Positions 47,442 through 61,246 of a stretch of 64,000 bases of DNA are shown piece after piece (position 1 is the first letter of the stretch; the number at the start of each line of letters is the position of its first letter). The DNA is from Candidatus Komeilibacteria bacterium. Lineage in GTDB: Bacteria > Patescibacteriota > Patescibacteriia > UBA1558 > UBA10009. The DNA lies in NCBI GenBank assembly GCA_026396575.1, contig JAPLWM010000007.1, forward strand, positions 76,760 through 140,759, in the 5' to 3' direction. A model generated the notes under the pieces. That model had not been told where the DNA came from and did not search any database. It saw nothing but the letters and a program-made list of their open reading frames with translations. The position numbers and the translations under genes were made by a program.

Positions 47442-48369
47442 ACCTTCAATTATTTTTTTCGGTACTCCCGATTTTGCCGTACCAACTTTACAGGCCCTTA
47501 TTAGAGAGGACTATGATGTTATTTTAGTTGTTACCCAAGCCGCCAAGCCGGTTGGCCGAAAACAGATTTTAACCTCGACGCCGGTTAAAATTGAGGCGAA
47601 AAAGTTAAGCTTGCCCGTTGGCACCGATTTGGCAGAACTTAAAAAATATCACGCCGATTTGGGCGTGGTGGCGGCTTACGGCGAGCTGATTCCCAAAAAA
47701 ATTTTGGATTTATTTCCGCTAGGCGTTTTAAATATTCATCCTTCGCTGTTGCCGAAATACCGCGGCCCCTCTCCCATTCAAACCGCTATTTTAAACGGCG
47801 ATAAAGAAACCGGCATAACCATTATTAAATTGGATGCCAAAATGGACCATGGGGAAAAGCTTAAAGCTCAAAGCTTAAAGCTCAAAGCCGATGACGGTTA
47901 TAAAAGTTTATCGGAAAGTTTGGCGCTTTTGGGCGCTAAAATGCTAGTGGAGATATTACCGGATTATTTAAATGATAAAATAAAGTTATTACCGCAAGAC
48001 GACAGTCAAGCGACATTTACCAAAATTATCAGTAAGGAAGACGGGAAAATTAATTGGCAAAAAAGCGCGGAACAAATTGAACGGCAAATCAGGGCTTATG
48101 CGCCGTGGCCCGGTTGTTATGCGGAATTTATGGTTAACGGCAAGAAAATCAATGTTAAAATCGTATTCGCGCGGGTTTGTGATAACGTAACGACGCACAA
48201 TTGTGCGTCGTTACACGGCGATAATCAAGAAAATATTGGTAAATTTACGAGTAAAGATAATTTTTTATATATTCGGTGCGGCCACGGCGCGTTATTGGTG
48301 GAAACATTACAGCCGGAAGGCAAGAAAGAAATGTCGGCCAGGGAATTCATTAACGGGTATTTGCGGTAA
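47428..48369 (+). CDS. fmt: Methionyl-tRNA formyltransferase
   Basis: FFGTPDFAV at the N-terminus, a HPSLLPKYRG formyltransferase core, and an Fmt C-terminal domain. Start at MKTYKP, overlapping the def end. Confidence 0.85.
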   Translation: MKTYKPSIIFFGTPDFAVPTLQALIREDYDVILVVTQAAKPVGRKQILTSTPVKIEAKKLSLPVGTDLAELKKYHADLGVVAAYGELIPKKILDLFPLGVLNIHPSLLPKYRGPSPIQTAILNGDKETGITIIKLDAKMDHGEKLKAQSLKLKADDGYKSLSESLALLGAKMLVEILPDYLNDKIKLLPQDDSQATFTKIISKEDGKINWQKSAEQIERQIRAYAPWPGCYAEFMVNGKKINVKIVFARVCDNVTTHNCASLHGDNQENIGKFTSKDNFLYIRCGHGALLVETLQPEGKKEMSAREFINGYLR

Positions 48370-48383
48370 ACAAAAAAGGTCTT

Positions 48384-49886
48384 TTATTTTTTCGCCGTCA
48401 CCCAAAAACCCAAACGGTATTTGCCGCCCAGCATCAGCCGGGTTTGGGCGTCGGTCGCAGGAATGGAGCCGAAAAATACCATGGTAAGCGGAAATAAAAT
48501 CCATTCCAAAAAAGTTAAAGGTATTTTTAGCCAATTTTTTGTTTTAGGCCTTTCCGGCATCAGATAAGTGCTTAAGAAAGCGTTTAAAATTAAACCCAAT
48601 AAGGAGTAGGTCATGATTTTTTCCAAAATTAAAGGAGCGTTTTGGGCAATGGCCGTGGCTTGAATGCTCTTACCCGCTAGCATTAGGGGCAGGCGGCCCA
48701 TAATGGTAATTAAAATAGGAGCGGTGGCCCAGGACCACATGCCTTCCAGCTGGTTAAAGAAATGCTTGAATTTAATAGTGAAAGGCATTTTAGGATGATT
48801 TTTAAAATGTTTGGCCATGTAAGAAATATGTTCCACGCCCCATGCCCAGCGCTGCATCTGTTTGTATTGGTCTTTCATGGCTTGCCAAAAATTGCCGGTG
48901 GAAACCGTATTCATGGAAACTGGAATGTACAGCGGCTCCACCTGGTAATCGCCGTCATAGCGGAAAAGGCACTGTAAAAAAATCCGCGAATCTTCGGAAA
49001 TAATGTCTTTTTCCCAAAAGCCCACGTCCACCAAAGCCCTAAAACTCATGGAATGGGAAGAAAACGTAAAGAGCCGGTCAGAGCGGGCTAAATCGGTAAA
49101 CAGCCAAAAAGTGGTGGAGTTGGCCACGACTCTGGTTAAAGGATCGGATTCCCAAATATTGTTATGGTAGAGGGCAATGGGCTGATAGCTGACCCGGGTG
49201 GGTTTGGGGTGAGTTAAATATTTATAAGTTAAATAGGCGAAATATTGGAAATGCGGATGGGTATCCACGTCAAAAGAAGAAACAATCACGTTATCGTAAG
49301 GAATTTTTAATTCATCAATCAGTTTTTGAGCCAAATGCCCGGCATAATTGATATTGGAGCCCTTACCCGGCACTTCGCCCGGCAGATCATTGGGATGGAC
49401 GGTAATCAGCAGTTTTAAAAATTTATCCCGGTATTGCTTGGAAATTGTTTCGGCAATGGCCGAAAAGTTGGCTTGGTCCCGCTCTTCGCCGGCTAAAACC
49501 AGGATGAATTTTTTAGGATCGTAATTGGTATCCAATAAAGAAGCGAAAGTTTTGCTGATAACTTCGTAGGGCTCTTTGTAAGTGGGCAGAAAAATCAAAT
49601 GGTAATAATCCTGCCAGTTTTTTTCGGTCAAGGCTTTAATTTTAACCAGCCAGTTGATTTTTACTTCGCGCCTGAAGCGGGACCAGGCGGTTAGCTGGTT
49701 GATGATCAAGTAAATAACTTTCATCAGCCACAAGAAGTCGAAGATGATGATAAAGTAAATGGCCCAAATCGGCAGCCAGATGGAAAAAACCACGGCTAAA
49801 ATAAAAGTCAACCAGGTTAAAGCGCCCGGCACAATTTCCCAAAATCTTCTTCTAAATGTAGCAATAATTTTCATCCGTGTAATCAA
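48384..49886 (-). CDS. Processive family-2 glycosyltransferase (cellulose/chitin-synthase-like) with N- and C-terminal TM helices
   Basis: ISEDSRIF (ED motif) and QMQRWAWG (QxxRW motif), flanked by TM segments. Confidence 0.7.
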   Translation of the reverse strand: MITRMKIIATFRRRFWEIVPGALTWLTFILAVVFSIWLPIWAIYFIIIFDFLWLMKVIYLIINQLTAWSRFRREVKINWLVKIKALTEKNWQDYYHLIFLPTYKEPYEVISKTFASLLDTNYDPKKFILVLAGEERDQANFSAIAETISKQYRDKFLKLLITVHPNDLPGEVPGKGSNINYAGHLAQKLIDELKIPYDNVIVSSFDVDTHPHFQYFAYLTYKYLTHPKPTRVSYQPIALYHNNIWESDPLTRVVANSTTFWLFTDLARSDRLFTFSSHSMSFRALVDVGFWEKDIISEDSRIFLQCLFRYDGDYQVEPLYIPVSMNTVSTGNFWQAMKDQYKQMQRWAWGVEHISYMAKHFKNHPKMPFTIKFKHFFNQLEGMWSWATAPILITIMGRLPLMLAGKSIQATAIAQNAPLILEKIMTYSLLGLILNAFLSTYLMPERPKTKNWLKIPLTFLEWILFPLTMVFFGSIPATDAQTRLMLGGKYRLGFWVTAKK

Positions 49887-49906
49887 TATTAATCCGTGTA
49901 ATCCGT

Positions 49907-51406
49907 TTAGTATTCGAAAACATTGATTTTTTTAATGGCTTCCTTGGCCAGAGCCATGCGCGCATCGTTCCGGGCGTACATGGTAAAAAGCCGCTCGCCC
50001 TTGGCGACGCTGTTGCCGATTTCCTTGTTTAAGTAGATGCCGCCCAGCTTATCGGCGGGGGCGCCTAAAATCCGGCAGATATCGTTGACTTTTTTATTGT
50101 TAATCATGGTAATTTTACCGCCTCTATCGCTGTCAACATAAAATTTAATCGCCCCCAAGGTTACCGTTTCCGAATCAATGTCGGCTTTGCCGCCCTGTGC
50201 CTTGATGATTTCCGCCATTTTTTTCCAAGCCGCGCCGCTTACCAGCTGATCAGTTGCGATTTTCTTGCCCCAGCCTTTGCGCGCCCGCCCGGCCAGCTCT
50301 AAAAGTTCGCCGGCCATCATCAGGCCTTTATCTTCCAAATCCAGCGGCCGGTTGGCTTTTTGCTGCAGCACCCTTAAAACATCGCGGGCTTCCAGAGCCG
50401 GACCAATGCCCTTGCCCACCGGATCCGAGCTGGCGGTGATAATCACTTTGATTTTTATGCCGTATTTTTTGGCAATGTATTCAAATTTTTCCTTGATCTC
50501 AAAGGCGGTTTTTTGATCGGGAATTTTAGTGGTGGGCCCGATCGGCATATCAATGACCAAATGCGTTACCGAAGCGGCGATTTTTTTAGCCATAATACTA
50601 ACGATCATTTTATCGTAGGGTTCCAAGGATAAAGGATAAGTGACTTTTAAAATTTTATCGTCGGCCGGCGCCAGGTTGAATCCCCCGCCCCAAATTAGGC
50701 AGCCGTTGGTTTTTTTAACGATTTCCCTCATTTCTTCGGCGCTGAAAGAAACCGGAGATAATACTTCCATGGTATCGGCGGTGCCGGCCGGCGAAGTAAT
50801 TGCCCGAGACGAGGTTTTGGGAATTTTAAGCCCGAGCGAAGCGATAATCGGCACGGCAATCATGGTGGTGCGGTTGCCCGCCAAGCCGCCGACCGAATGC
50901 TTGTCCACCACCATGCCGGAACCGAATTTTAAAATTTCGCCGGTTTCGGCAATGGCTTTGGCCATAAAATAAAGTTCTTCGTTGGTATAGGGATATAAAA
51001 AGCTGGCGGCCACGAAATAAGTAATGCCCACGTTGGTTAAGCGGTTATCGGTAATATCTTTCATAATGGAATAGATTTCCTGATAATTCAGCTTTTTACC
51101 GAAGAGCTTCTTTTTAATGGCTAAAATTGAATCAGGCCGGCTTAACAGATGGACCTCCATGATTTCATTCATGTCCACCGAGTATTTTTTCCAAATATCC
51201 TCATACAGGCCGATAAAACCGGGCTTAAGGTATTTTTCCGTCAAGTTAACTTCCACATTAATGGTTTTATTGCTCCGCCAGGTTAAGGAAATTTTATCGC
51301 CGGCTTGGATGCCGAAATTATTCGCTTCCTCTTCGTTAAACAGGGCGATTAATTGCTGTTTGCCGGTGGACAGATCCAATTTTTTTACTTTTAAATATAA
51401 AGCCAT
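49907..51406 (-). CDS. deoA: AMP phosphorylase / thymidine-phosphorylase-family protein (DeoA-like)
   Basis: Pyrimidine-nucleoside phosphorylase fold (GGKADI, glycosyltransferase family 3 N-domain). Last gene of the e2b2-RuBisCO operon. Confidence 0.75.
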   Translation of the reverse strand: MALYLKVKKLDLSTGKQQLIALFNEEEANNFGIQAGDKISLTWRSNKTINVEVNLTEKYLKPGFIGLYEDIWKKYSVDMNEIMEVHLLSRPDSILAIKKKLFGKKLNYQEIYSIMKDITDNRLTNVGITYFVAASFLYPYTNEELYFMAKAIAETGEILKFGSGMVVDKHSVGGLAGNRTTMIAVPIIASLGLKIPKTSSRAITSPAGTADTMEVLSPVSFSAEEMREIVKKTNGCLIWGGGFNLAPADDKILKVTYPLSLEPYDKMIVSIMAKKIAASVTHLVIDMPIGPTTKIPDQKTAFEIKEKFEYIAKKYGIKIKVIITASSDPVGKGIGPALEARDVLRVLQQKANRPLDLEDKGLMMAGELLELAGRARKGWGKKIATDQLVSGAAWKKMAEIIKAQGGKADIDSETVTLGAIKFYVDSDRGGKITMINNKKVNDICRILGAPADKLGGIYLNKEIGNSVAKGERLFTMYARNDARMALAKEAIKKINVFEY

Positions 51407-51415
51407 AATGTTTTA

Positions 51416-52687
51416 TTATTTATTTTTCCAATAGTTTAAAGCTGTTTTTAATTCAGGATGAATTTTAGCGTATTGTTTCAAAGGAATTTTTTTCATAGTT
51501 GCTTCAACCGCCTGCACGCAGGCGCGGGCGCCGGCCGCGCTGCCGCCTGGGTGGCCGTGCAAGCCTCCGCCGAAATTGATAATTAAATCCGGTCCTAAAA
51601 TTTTAATCAGCTTTGGAACCAAGGCCGGATGCAAACCGCCCGAAGCAATCGGCAAAGTCGGCTTGATTTTGGACCAGTTTGCTCTAAGGAAATTTACATG
51701 GTACCAATCTTCTTTCATTAAGGCATTAATCGTGGTTACTTCTTTTTTATCCCCTTCCATTTTGCCAACCACCGTGCCGGTGTGCAGCTGGTCAATGCCG
51801 GCCAGGCGCGCCAGTTTGGCTAAAACCAGCATGGCCATGCCTTCGCGTTTATCGCGGGTAAACATGGAATGCCCGGCCCGATGGCCGTGGATAATCAGGC
51901 CCAGGTTTTGTTTTCTTAAATATTCAACGTTATCCAGGCCTACCGAAACAATATCCGCCATGACGCATTTGCCGCCCAGTTTTTTTACCAATTTTGCACG
52001 TTTTAGCATTACATCGGGCAGGCCGGTAATATTGAAAGAATAAATTTTTTTTAAGCCGGTTTCTTTTTCAACTTTCTTTTTTAAGGCCATTACCAATTTT
52101 ACTCTATTTTGAAAATGGTTAAAACCAAGGTCGGTTAAATTTTCGTCGTCTTTAACCAAATCAACGCCGTTTTTCCAAATGGTATAAGCCAGTTTGGCTT
52201 GCTCGGCCGAACTTAAGCCCACTTTAGGCTTGATAATTGAGCCGATAATCGGGCGGGTTTTAATATTTAAAATTTTTCTAACGCCGGGAATGCCGAAGGC
52301 CGGGCCCATAAAGCCGTTTAAATATTTATCGGGCAATTCTAGGTCCAAGAGGCGCAAGCGGTCAACGATTTTCATGCTGAAAATATTGCCGGCCAAGCTG
52401 GACAGCAACTGCGGAATGCTCCCCTTTTCAAACAAAGCAAGCGGATAAGCGATTTTGATGATTTTTTTCTTTTGATTGATTAAAAATATCCGGGGCGCCA
52501 GCTTATTGAAAGTTTTTTGCTCCAAAGTGGAAAGTTTGGTCCAGGTGCCGATGGAACTTTCGGCCGCCAGTTTTTGAGCCGCTTGGGCCAAAGGCAATTT
52601 TGACTCCACTCGGTAAGTGGCAATAATTTCGGCAGTCCACTTGGGCCGGTATTTTAAATTAAGGTAGCCGTGTTTTATTTTAGCCAT
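51416..52687 (-). CDS. rbcL: RuBisCO large subunit, form II/III-like
   Basis: GGLHGHPGGSAAGARA, the KDDENL region, and the carbamylated-Lys loop. Confidence 0.9.
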   Translation of the reverse strand: MAKIKHGYLNLKYRPKWTAEIIATYRVESKLPLAQAAQKLAAESSIGTWTKLSTLEQKTFNKLAPRIFLINQKKKIIKIAYPLALFEKGSIPQLLSSLAGNIFSMKIVDRLRLLDLELPDKYLNGFMGPAFGIPGVRKILNIKTRPIIGSIIKPKVGLSSAEQAKLAYTIWKNGVDLVKDDENLTDLGFNHFQNRVKLVMALKKKVEKETGLKKIYSFNITGLPDVMLKRAKLVKKLGGKCVMADIVSVGLDNVEYLRKQNLGLIIHGHRAGHSMFTRDKREGMAMLVLAKLARLAGIDQLHTGTVVGKMEGDKKEVTTINALMKEDWYHVNFLRANWSKIKPTLPIASGGLHPALVPKLIKILGPDLIINFGGGLHGHPGGSAAGARACVQAVEATMKKIPLKQYAKIHPELKTALNYWKNK

Positions 52688-53571
52688 AAATAGTGTTTTT
52701 TAAAGTATTGCTTTACCCGGCTCGGCTTAATAACGCCGAATTCGCAAATAAAACCGGTAATGGCTTTGGCCGGAACTTTGTCAAAGGCAAAATTGATTAT
52801 TTTATCGTTTTTAGGTTTATTCGGCCAAACTTCTTGGCTGGAACGAATTTCCAAAGGAATTTTGCCGCCAGGAGCGAATCTTAACAATTCCGCCACGATA
52901 TACAAAGGAATTTTACTACCCTGGGCGGCCAGGGAAATGCCAAAACTGCCGATTTTGTTGATAACAGAGCCATCGGGTAAGATAACATCGGCACCCAATA
53001 ATACAAGGTTTATTTTTATCTTATCGCCGGATTTATCGCTGATGGTGTAAGCGGCGGCCGAATCAACCAAGGTAGTTATGTTAATGCCGGCTTGGCTTAA
53101 CTTTTGCGCGGTAATCCTGCCTTGAAACAAAGGCCGGGTTTCGGTATTGTAAACTTTAAATTTTTTGCCGGATTGTTTAGCGGCTTTGAGCAATTTTTCC
53201 ACCGTGCCCGAGTGGCAGTGGGTAAAAATATTTTGTTTTGCTTTAATGATTTTTAAGCCGTTTTTAACGGTGGCCTGCTCCGCTTTAAGCAGCAGTTTTT
53301 CCAGGCCCTCAATTGATTTAATGAAAGTTTTTGCTTTTAACGGTTGTTTGGCCAGGTAATTGAGGAAGTTTTGGTTTAAGGGTTCGGTGGGCCGGGCTTG
53401 TTTTAATAGGCCGATGGCTTGCCTGATTTTTTTATTAAAGTTAGTCGGTGAAGCGTTTTTAAGCCCGGCAGCATATTTTTTTAAGCAATTTAAAGAAGCC
53501 GCGGCAATGGCTTTGGCTCCCTGGATTTTTAGATCTTTGATTTTTTTAGCGGTGATTTTTGGCAAATTCAT
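52675..53571 (-). CDS. Ribose-1,5-bisphosphate isomerase (eIF-2B alpha/beta/delta-like, e2b2 family). The likely start is ATG 53571; the track ORF begins at TTG 53577
   Basis: eIF-2B-like fold (LLGADVILPDGSVINKIGS). First gene of the operon. Confidence 0.75.
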   Translation of the reverse strand: MNLPKITAKKIKDLKIQGAKAIAAASLNCLKKYAAGLKNASPTNFNKKIRQAIGLLKQARPTEPLNQNFLNYLAKQPLKAKTFIKSIEGLEKLLLKAEQATVKNGLKIIKAKQNIFTHCHSGTVEKLLKAAKQSGKKFKVYNTETRPLFQGRITAQKLSQAGINITTLVDSAAAYTISDKSGDKIKINLVLLGADVILPDGSVINKIGSFGISLAAQGSKIPLYIVAELLRFAPGGKIPLEIRSSQEVWPNKPKNDKIINFAFDKVPAKAITGFICEFGVIKPSRVKQYFKKHYLWLK

Positions 53572-53577
53572 GGTCAA

Positions 53578-53615
53578 ATTATACCAATAATTGCCTTAAA
53601 ATACAAGAAAATCAG
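53578..53615 (-). promoter_or_regulatory. Promoter TTGTAT, 17-nt spacer, TATAAT, with an upstream conserved CTGATTTTC box. The motif recurs at 63589-63628
   Basis: The minus strand reads ctgattttcttgtattttaaggcaattattggtataat ttgacc ATG. The -10 lies 6 nt before the ATG. Confidence 0.45.
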
Positions 53616-53625
53616 AAAACAAAAA

Positions 53626-53650
53626 CACCGCCAATTAAGCGGTTTTTTTA
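53626..53650. terminator. Hairpin (accgcc caattaa ggcggt) with T-runs on both strands
   Basis: Downstream of the minus-strand STAS-like gene. It resembles the hairpin at 55202. Confidence 0.45.
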
Positions 53651-53772
53651 TATGCCTGCCTTCAGCTTATGTATTTAGCCGAATAGAGCTGACGCCCCAC
53701 AAGCACATTTAGAGTGTATAGCAGATTTAAAAATAAATCAAGGGGTGGGTGTGGATAATGGGTTTATTTAAA

Positions 53773-54126
53773 TTATTGGTCAAGAAGAGTTTTTGCGCTT
53801 AATATTTTAGGTTGAAATTTTGGTTCTGCATTAGACACGGCTCGGTTAGCACCTATTATTCTAAACATTAAGTTTACATTATTACTGGTATTGGTAAATT
53901 CAATCTCTTTTAATGGAAAGGTATTATTAAGCCGTTCTTTTAATAGTAATAATTCGTGGGCGGCAGACCTTGAGACAAACTCAACGCTGGAAAAATCTAA
54001 ATAAACAATAGATGATTTAGCTTGCGAAATATAGGGCTCAATAGTTTGAACAACATCACGAGAGCCTATAACATTAGTCAGTAAATCAATTATTTTTATA
54101 TTAGTTGGTATTGTATTATTTTTCAT
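53773..54126 (-). CDS. STAS-like (DUF4325-like) small protein, putative anti-sigma-antagonist-like partner
   Basis: IVYLDFSSVEFVSRSAAHELLLL has a STAS-like pattern. A GGGAGG Shine-Dalgarno lies 6 nt upstream. It is 38 nt downstream of the GHKL ATPase gene. Confidence 0.5.
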   Translation of the reverse strand: MKNNTIPTNIKIIDLLTNVIGSRDVVQTIEPYISQAKSSIVYLDFSSVEFVSRSAAHELLLLKERLNNTFPLKEIEFTNTSNNVNLMFRIIGANRAVSNAEPKFQPKILSAKTLLDQ

Positions 54127-54164
54127 AAGAACCTCCCATATTTATTATACTTGGAAATTGTACT

Positions 54165-55133
54165 TTATACAATGTATGGATAAATGTTAACAGGCTGTTC
54201 TGGTTGAGGTATGCGATAAGCTATAATTACGCCTTTCCAATGAAAATCAGCCCCCGTAAATAAAGTCTCCTCTTTTTTATTAGATATTAACATTGTTGAG
54301 CCGGAAATAATAACAAAATCGCCTCCTAAGCCCTCACAAGTCAACCTTTTTGAGGTTCTAACCCCATAACCTCTCTCATTACTTTTTTTAACAGAATGGC
54401 CTTTCATTACTTCTGCTATTGCATCTTCATCGGATAAATTTAATCCTTTTTCTTTTTTATATGACATAGCATAGCCTATGCCAGTATCAACTATACAGAC
54501 GTCAAGATATTTTTTCTTTGGATAAAACTGACTAAAAATAAAACCCATATCTTGTTCGCTGTGTTCAAATATGTTATTTGTTAGTTCTTCAATAGGATAA
54601 TAAATAGCGTTTTTAATACCTTCTTGAAAACTTAAACTTTTTAAAATCAGAGAAGCAAAGAGCGCCAAAAGCCTCCCTCTTATTTCAGGGGCATCTTTTT
54701 TAAGGACACTGATTGGAATAAATGTTTTGTTATCCTGCAGAACTTGTTCTAAAGGAGAAATCGAATCAACGCCCTTTGGAAACTGTATTTTTTGTAAATA
54801 TGATAAAGTCTGTTCATTTTCAACCGTTTTGTAAGCGCTACCCGTTAGTTGCATATAGGCAACCAAAGGTAAAATTGATAAAGGAGAACACCAATCTAAT
54901 TGAGTAAGATTAAAAGATAGTTGCTCACCAAACTTAACACCCTTAAAGATTCTATAAAAAGAAGCTAATTGATGAATAATAGCATCCCCCTTAGGTTTAT
55001 TTACTATAATTTCTTTCATAAAGCTATTATAGCAAGAAATTAAAAAACCCGCACACTCCTTTAGACCTAAAGGCCTAGGGGAGGCACAGGCGACTTCATT
55101 TAGAAGAATACTTGAAAATCTATAAAAAGTCAA
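54165..55133 (-). CDS. GHKL-superfamily ATPase (RsbW/histidine-kinase-like HATPase fold) with an uncharacterised N-terminal region. The start may be the internal Met at 55019
   Basis: N-box EELTNNIFEH, G1 box VDTGIGY and G2 box ERGYGVRTSKRL, in Bergerat-fold order. Confidence 0.5.
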   Translation of the reverse strand: MTFYRFSSILLNEVACASPRPLGLKECAGFLISCYNSFMKEIIVNKPKGDAIIHQLASFYRIFKGVKFGEQLSFNLTQLDWCSPLSILPLVAYMQLTGSAYKTVENEQTLSYLQKIQFPKGVDSISPLEQVLQDNKTFIPISVLKKDAPEIRGRLLALFASLILKSLSFQEGIKNAIYYPIEELTNNIFEHSEQDMGFIFSQFYPKKKYLDVCIVDTGIGYAMSYKKEKGLNLSDEDAIAEVMKGHSVKKSNERGYGVRTSKRLTCEGLGGDFVIISGSTMLISNKKEETLFTGADFHWKGVIIAYRIPQPEQPVNIYPYIV

Positions 55134-55201
55134 CCTCTTGTGGAAAACTCCCTATTTTCCATTTTTACATTTTTTTAAATTAAAATATCGGCAAACAAAA
55201 A

Positions 55202-55229
55202 CAGCCCGCCAATTCGGCGGGCTGTTTTT
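55202..55229. terminator. 9-bp GC-rich hairpin plus T-run, terminator of the minus-strand surface-protein operon
   Basis: cagcccgcc aattc ggcgggctg ttttt. Confidence 0.55.
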
Positions 55230-55252
55230 AACTTATTTAAGGTAATAGTAAT

Positions 55253-56362
55253 TTAATAGCTATTTACTACCGCATCATTGACATCGTAAATTTTCTGGCC
55301 CCGATACTTGGCTAATTCGGCTAAACTGGTAATGTGCTGTTTTTGGCCGTTTACCAGCACATAGATTTTTTTATCGCTGCCGCGCAATAAAGCGCCGTTG
55401 GCATAAGTTTTAACGCCTAGAACCGCGCTTGGGGCGCTGGATTGATATTTCTTGATTGCCGCGGCGGTAATTGAACCGAAGTAGTTGGTTGGTTTTAAGT
55501 TCTTTTGGAAGAAGCCCTGTTTTTGCAATTCTGTTTGCAGCGCCCGGACTTGTTCATTTTTATCGCCGAATTTAACAGCGCTGATTAAATTATCAAGCGC
55601 ATTGATTTTAACGCCTAAAACCGCTTGCCCAGCAACAGTTTGGCCGTAAGAAGCAATAACATCATCACTTACATTAAGAATTGCTTTGCCGGCGTATTTA
55701 GCAAGTTCACTTAAGCTAGTGATGTGTTTTAACTGGCCACTTTCAACAACATAAATCTTTTTATCTGATCCGCGAAGCAATGCGCCGTCAGCGTAAAGTT
55801 TAACGCCTAAGACCGCTTGAGCTGGAGTAGTAACAACGGGAGCAGTTACTATTGGAGTAATTGGAGTATTAGTTGTTGGGACAGCGTAAAATCCGCCACC
55901 GCCGCCGCCACTTACTGGGGCCGGAGCAGGCGCAGGCGTTGAGGGAGTTGGTGTAGGAGCAGGTGCTGGGGTAGTGGCAGATCCAGGTACGGTCAGATTG
56001 AGCTGATTAGAAGCGCCATTGGTAAATATCGCTGTTTCGTTTGCTTTGATGCCGGAAACGTAAAATTCAATTGTTTTGCCTGTATTTGTGTTTTGATTAT
56101 CGGTAACGAAAAGCAAATCGGGGTTATAACCATAATTTCCACTCGCCGTTACCGAACTACCGACCACGACACCGTCAATTTTTGCTTCAACAGATAATCC
56201 ATTAGGAGTCGTGCCGCTCGCAAAATGCACGGTGCCGAAAAACTGGTGCGGTATTCCAGGATTTTGAGCAAATGCAAAAGCAGGAACCAAAAAGCCCAGA
56301 AGCGCTGTTATTGTAATTGTTTTTAGAAATACTGTTTTCATATTCATTTTCGTTGCCGTCAA
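55253..56362 (-). CDS. Secreted protein with a Thr/Pro-rich linker, a Gly6 stretch, and three ~55-60-aa internal repeats (possible cell-wall-binding repeats)
   Basis: Signal peptide, then ATTPAPAPTPTPSTPAPAPAP, then repeats of the AVLGVKxYAxGALLRGSDKKIYVV type. It is 4 nt downstream of the giant gene. Confidence 0.55.
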   Translation of the reverse strand: MTATKMNMKTVFLKTITITALLGFLVPAFAFAQNPGIPHQFFGTVHFASGTTPNGLSVEAKIDGVVVGSSVTASGNYGYNPDLLFVTDNQNTNTGKTIEFYVSGIKANETAIFTNGASNQLNLTVPGSATTPAPAPTPTPSTPAPAPAPVSGGGGGGFYAVPTTNTPITPIVTAPVVTTPAQAVLGVKLYADGALLRGSDKKIYVVESGQLKHITSLSELAKYAGKAILNVSDDVIASYGQTVAGQAVLGVKINALDNLISAVKFGDKNEQVRALQTELQKQGFFQKNLKPTNYFGSITAAAIKKYQSSAPSAVLGVKTYANGALLRGSDKKIYVLVNGQKQHITSLAELAKYRGQKIYDVNDAVVNSY

Positions 56363-56366
56363 CTAA

Positions 56367-60977
<4,611 letters not shown>

Positions 60978-61246
60978 ATTTTTTACTAGGTATGACCCTT
61001 AATTATTAGACCCTTATAATATATATAAAACTGATAATTTTTGATGTTGGACCCAATAAATTGCCTTGATTTTTTAGTCAATAATTACCCTACCATATAG
61101 CGATTTTCTTGTCAAGTTCTCTTAAAAATCACATTCCCTTTTAAGGGGTAAAAATCTTTTCTTTTAAAGCAACATTCAAGGTTATCATGCTATAAAAATA
61201 TTGTCAAGGCGGGCGGGCAAGTGTGAAAAATTATTTTAAGTTATAA

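Noticed and set aside
61080-61246. Additional TTGACA-type boxes at 61113 and 61204 (minus strand), as candidate adhesin promoters
   Set aside because: The -10 matches are weak (TAGGGT, TAACCT) and the implied leader would be >130 nt. Left unassigned.
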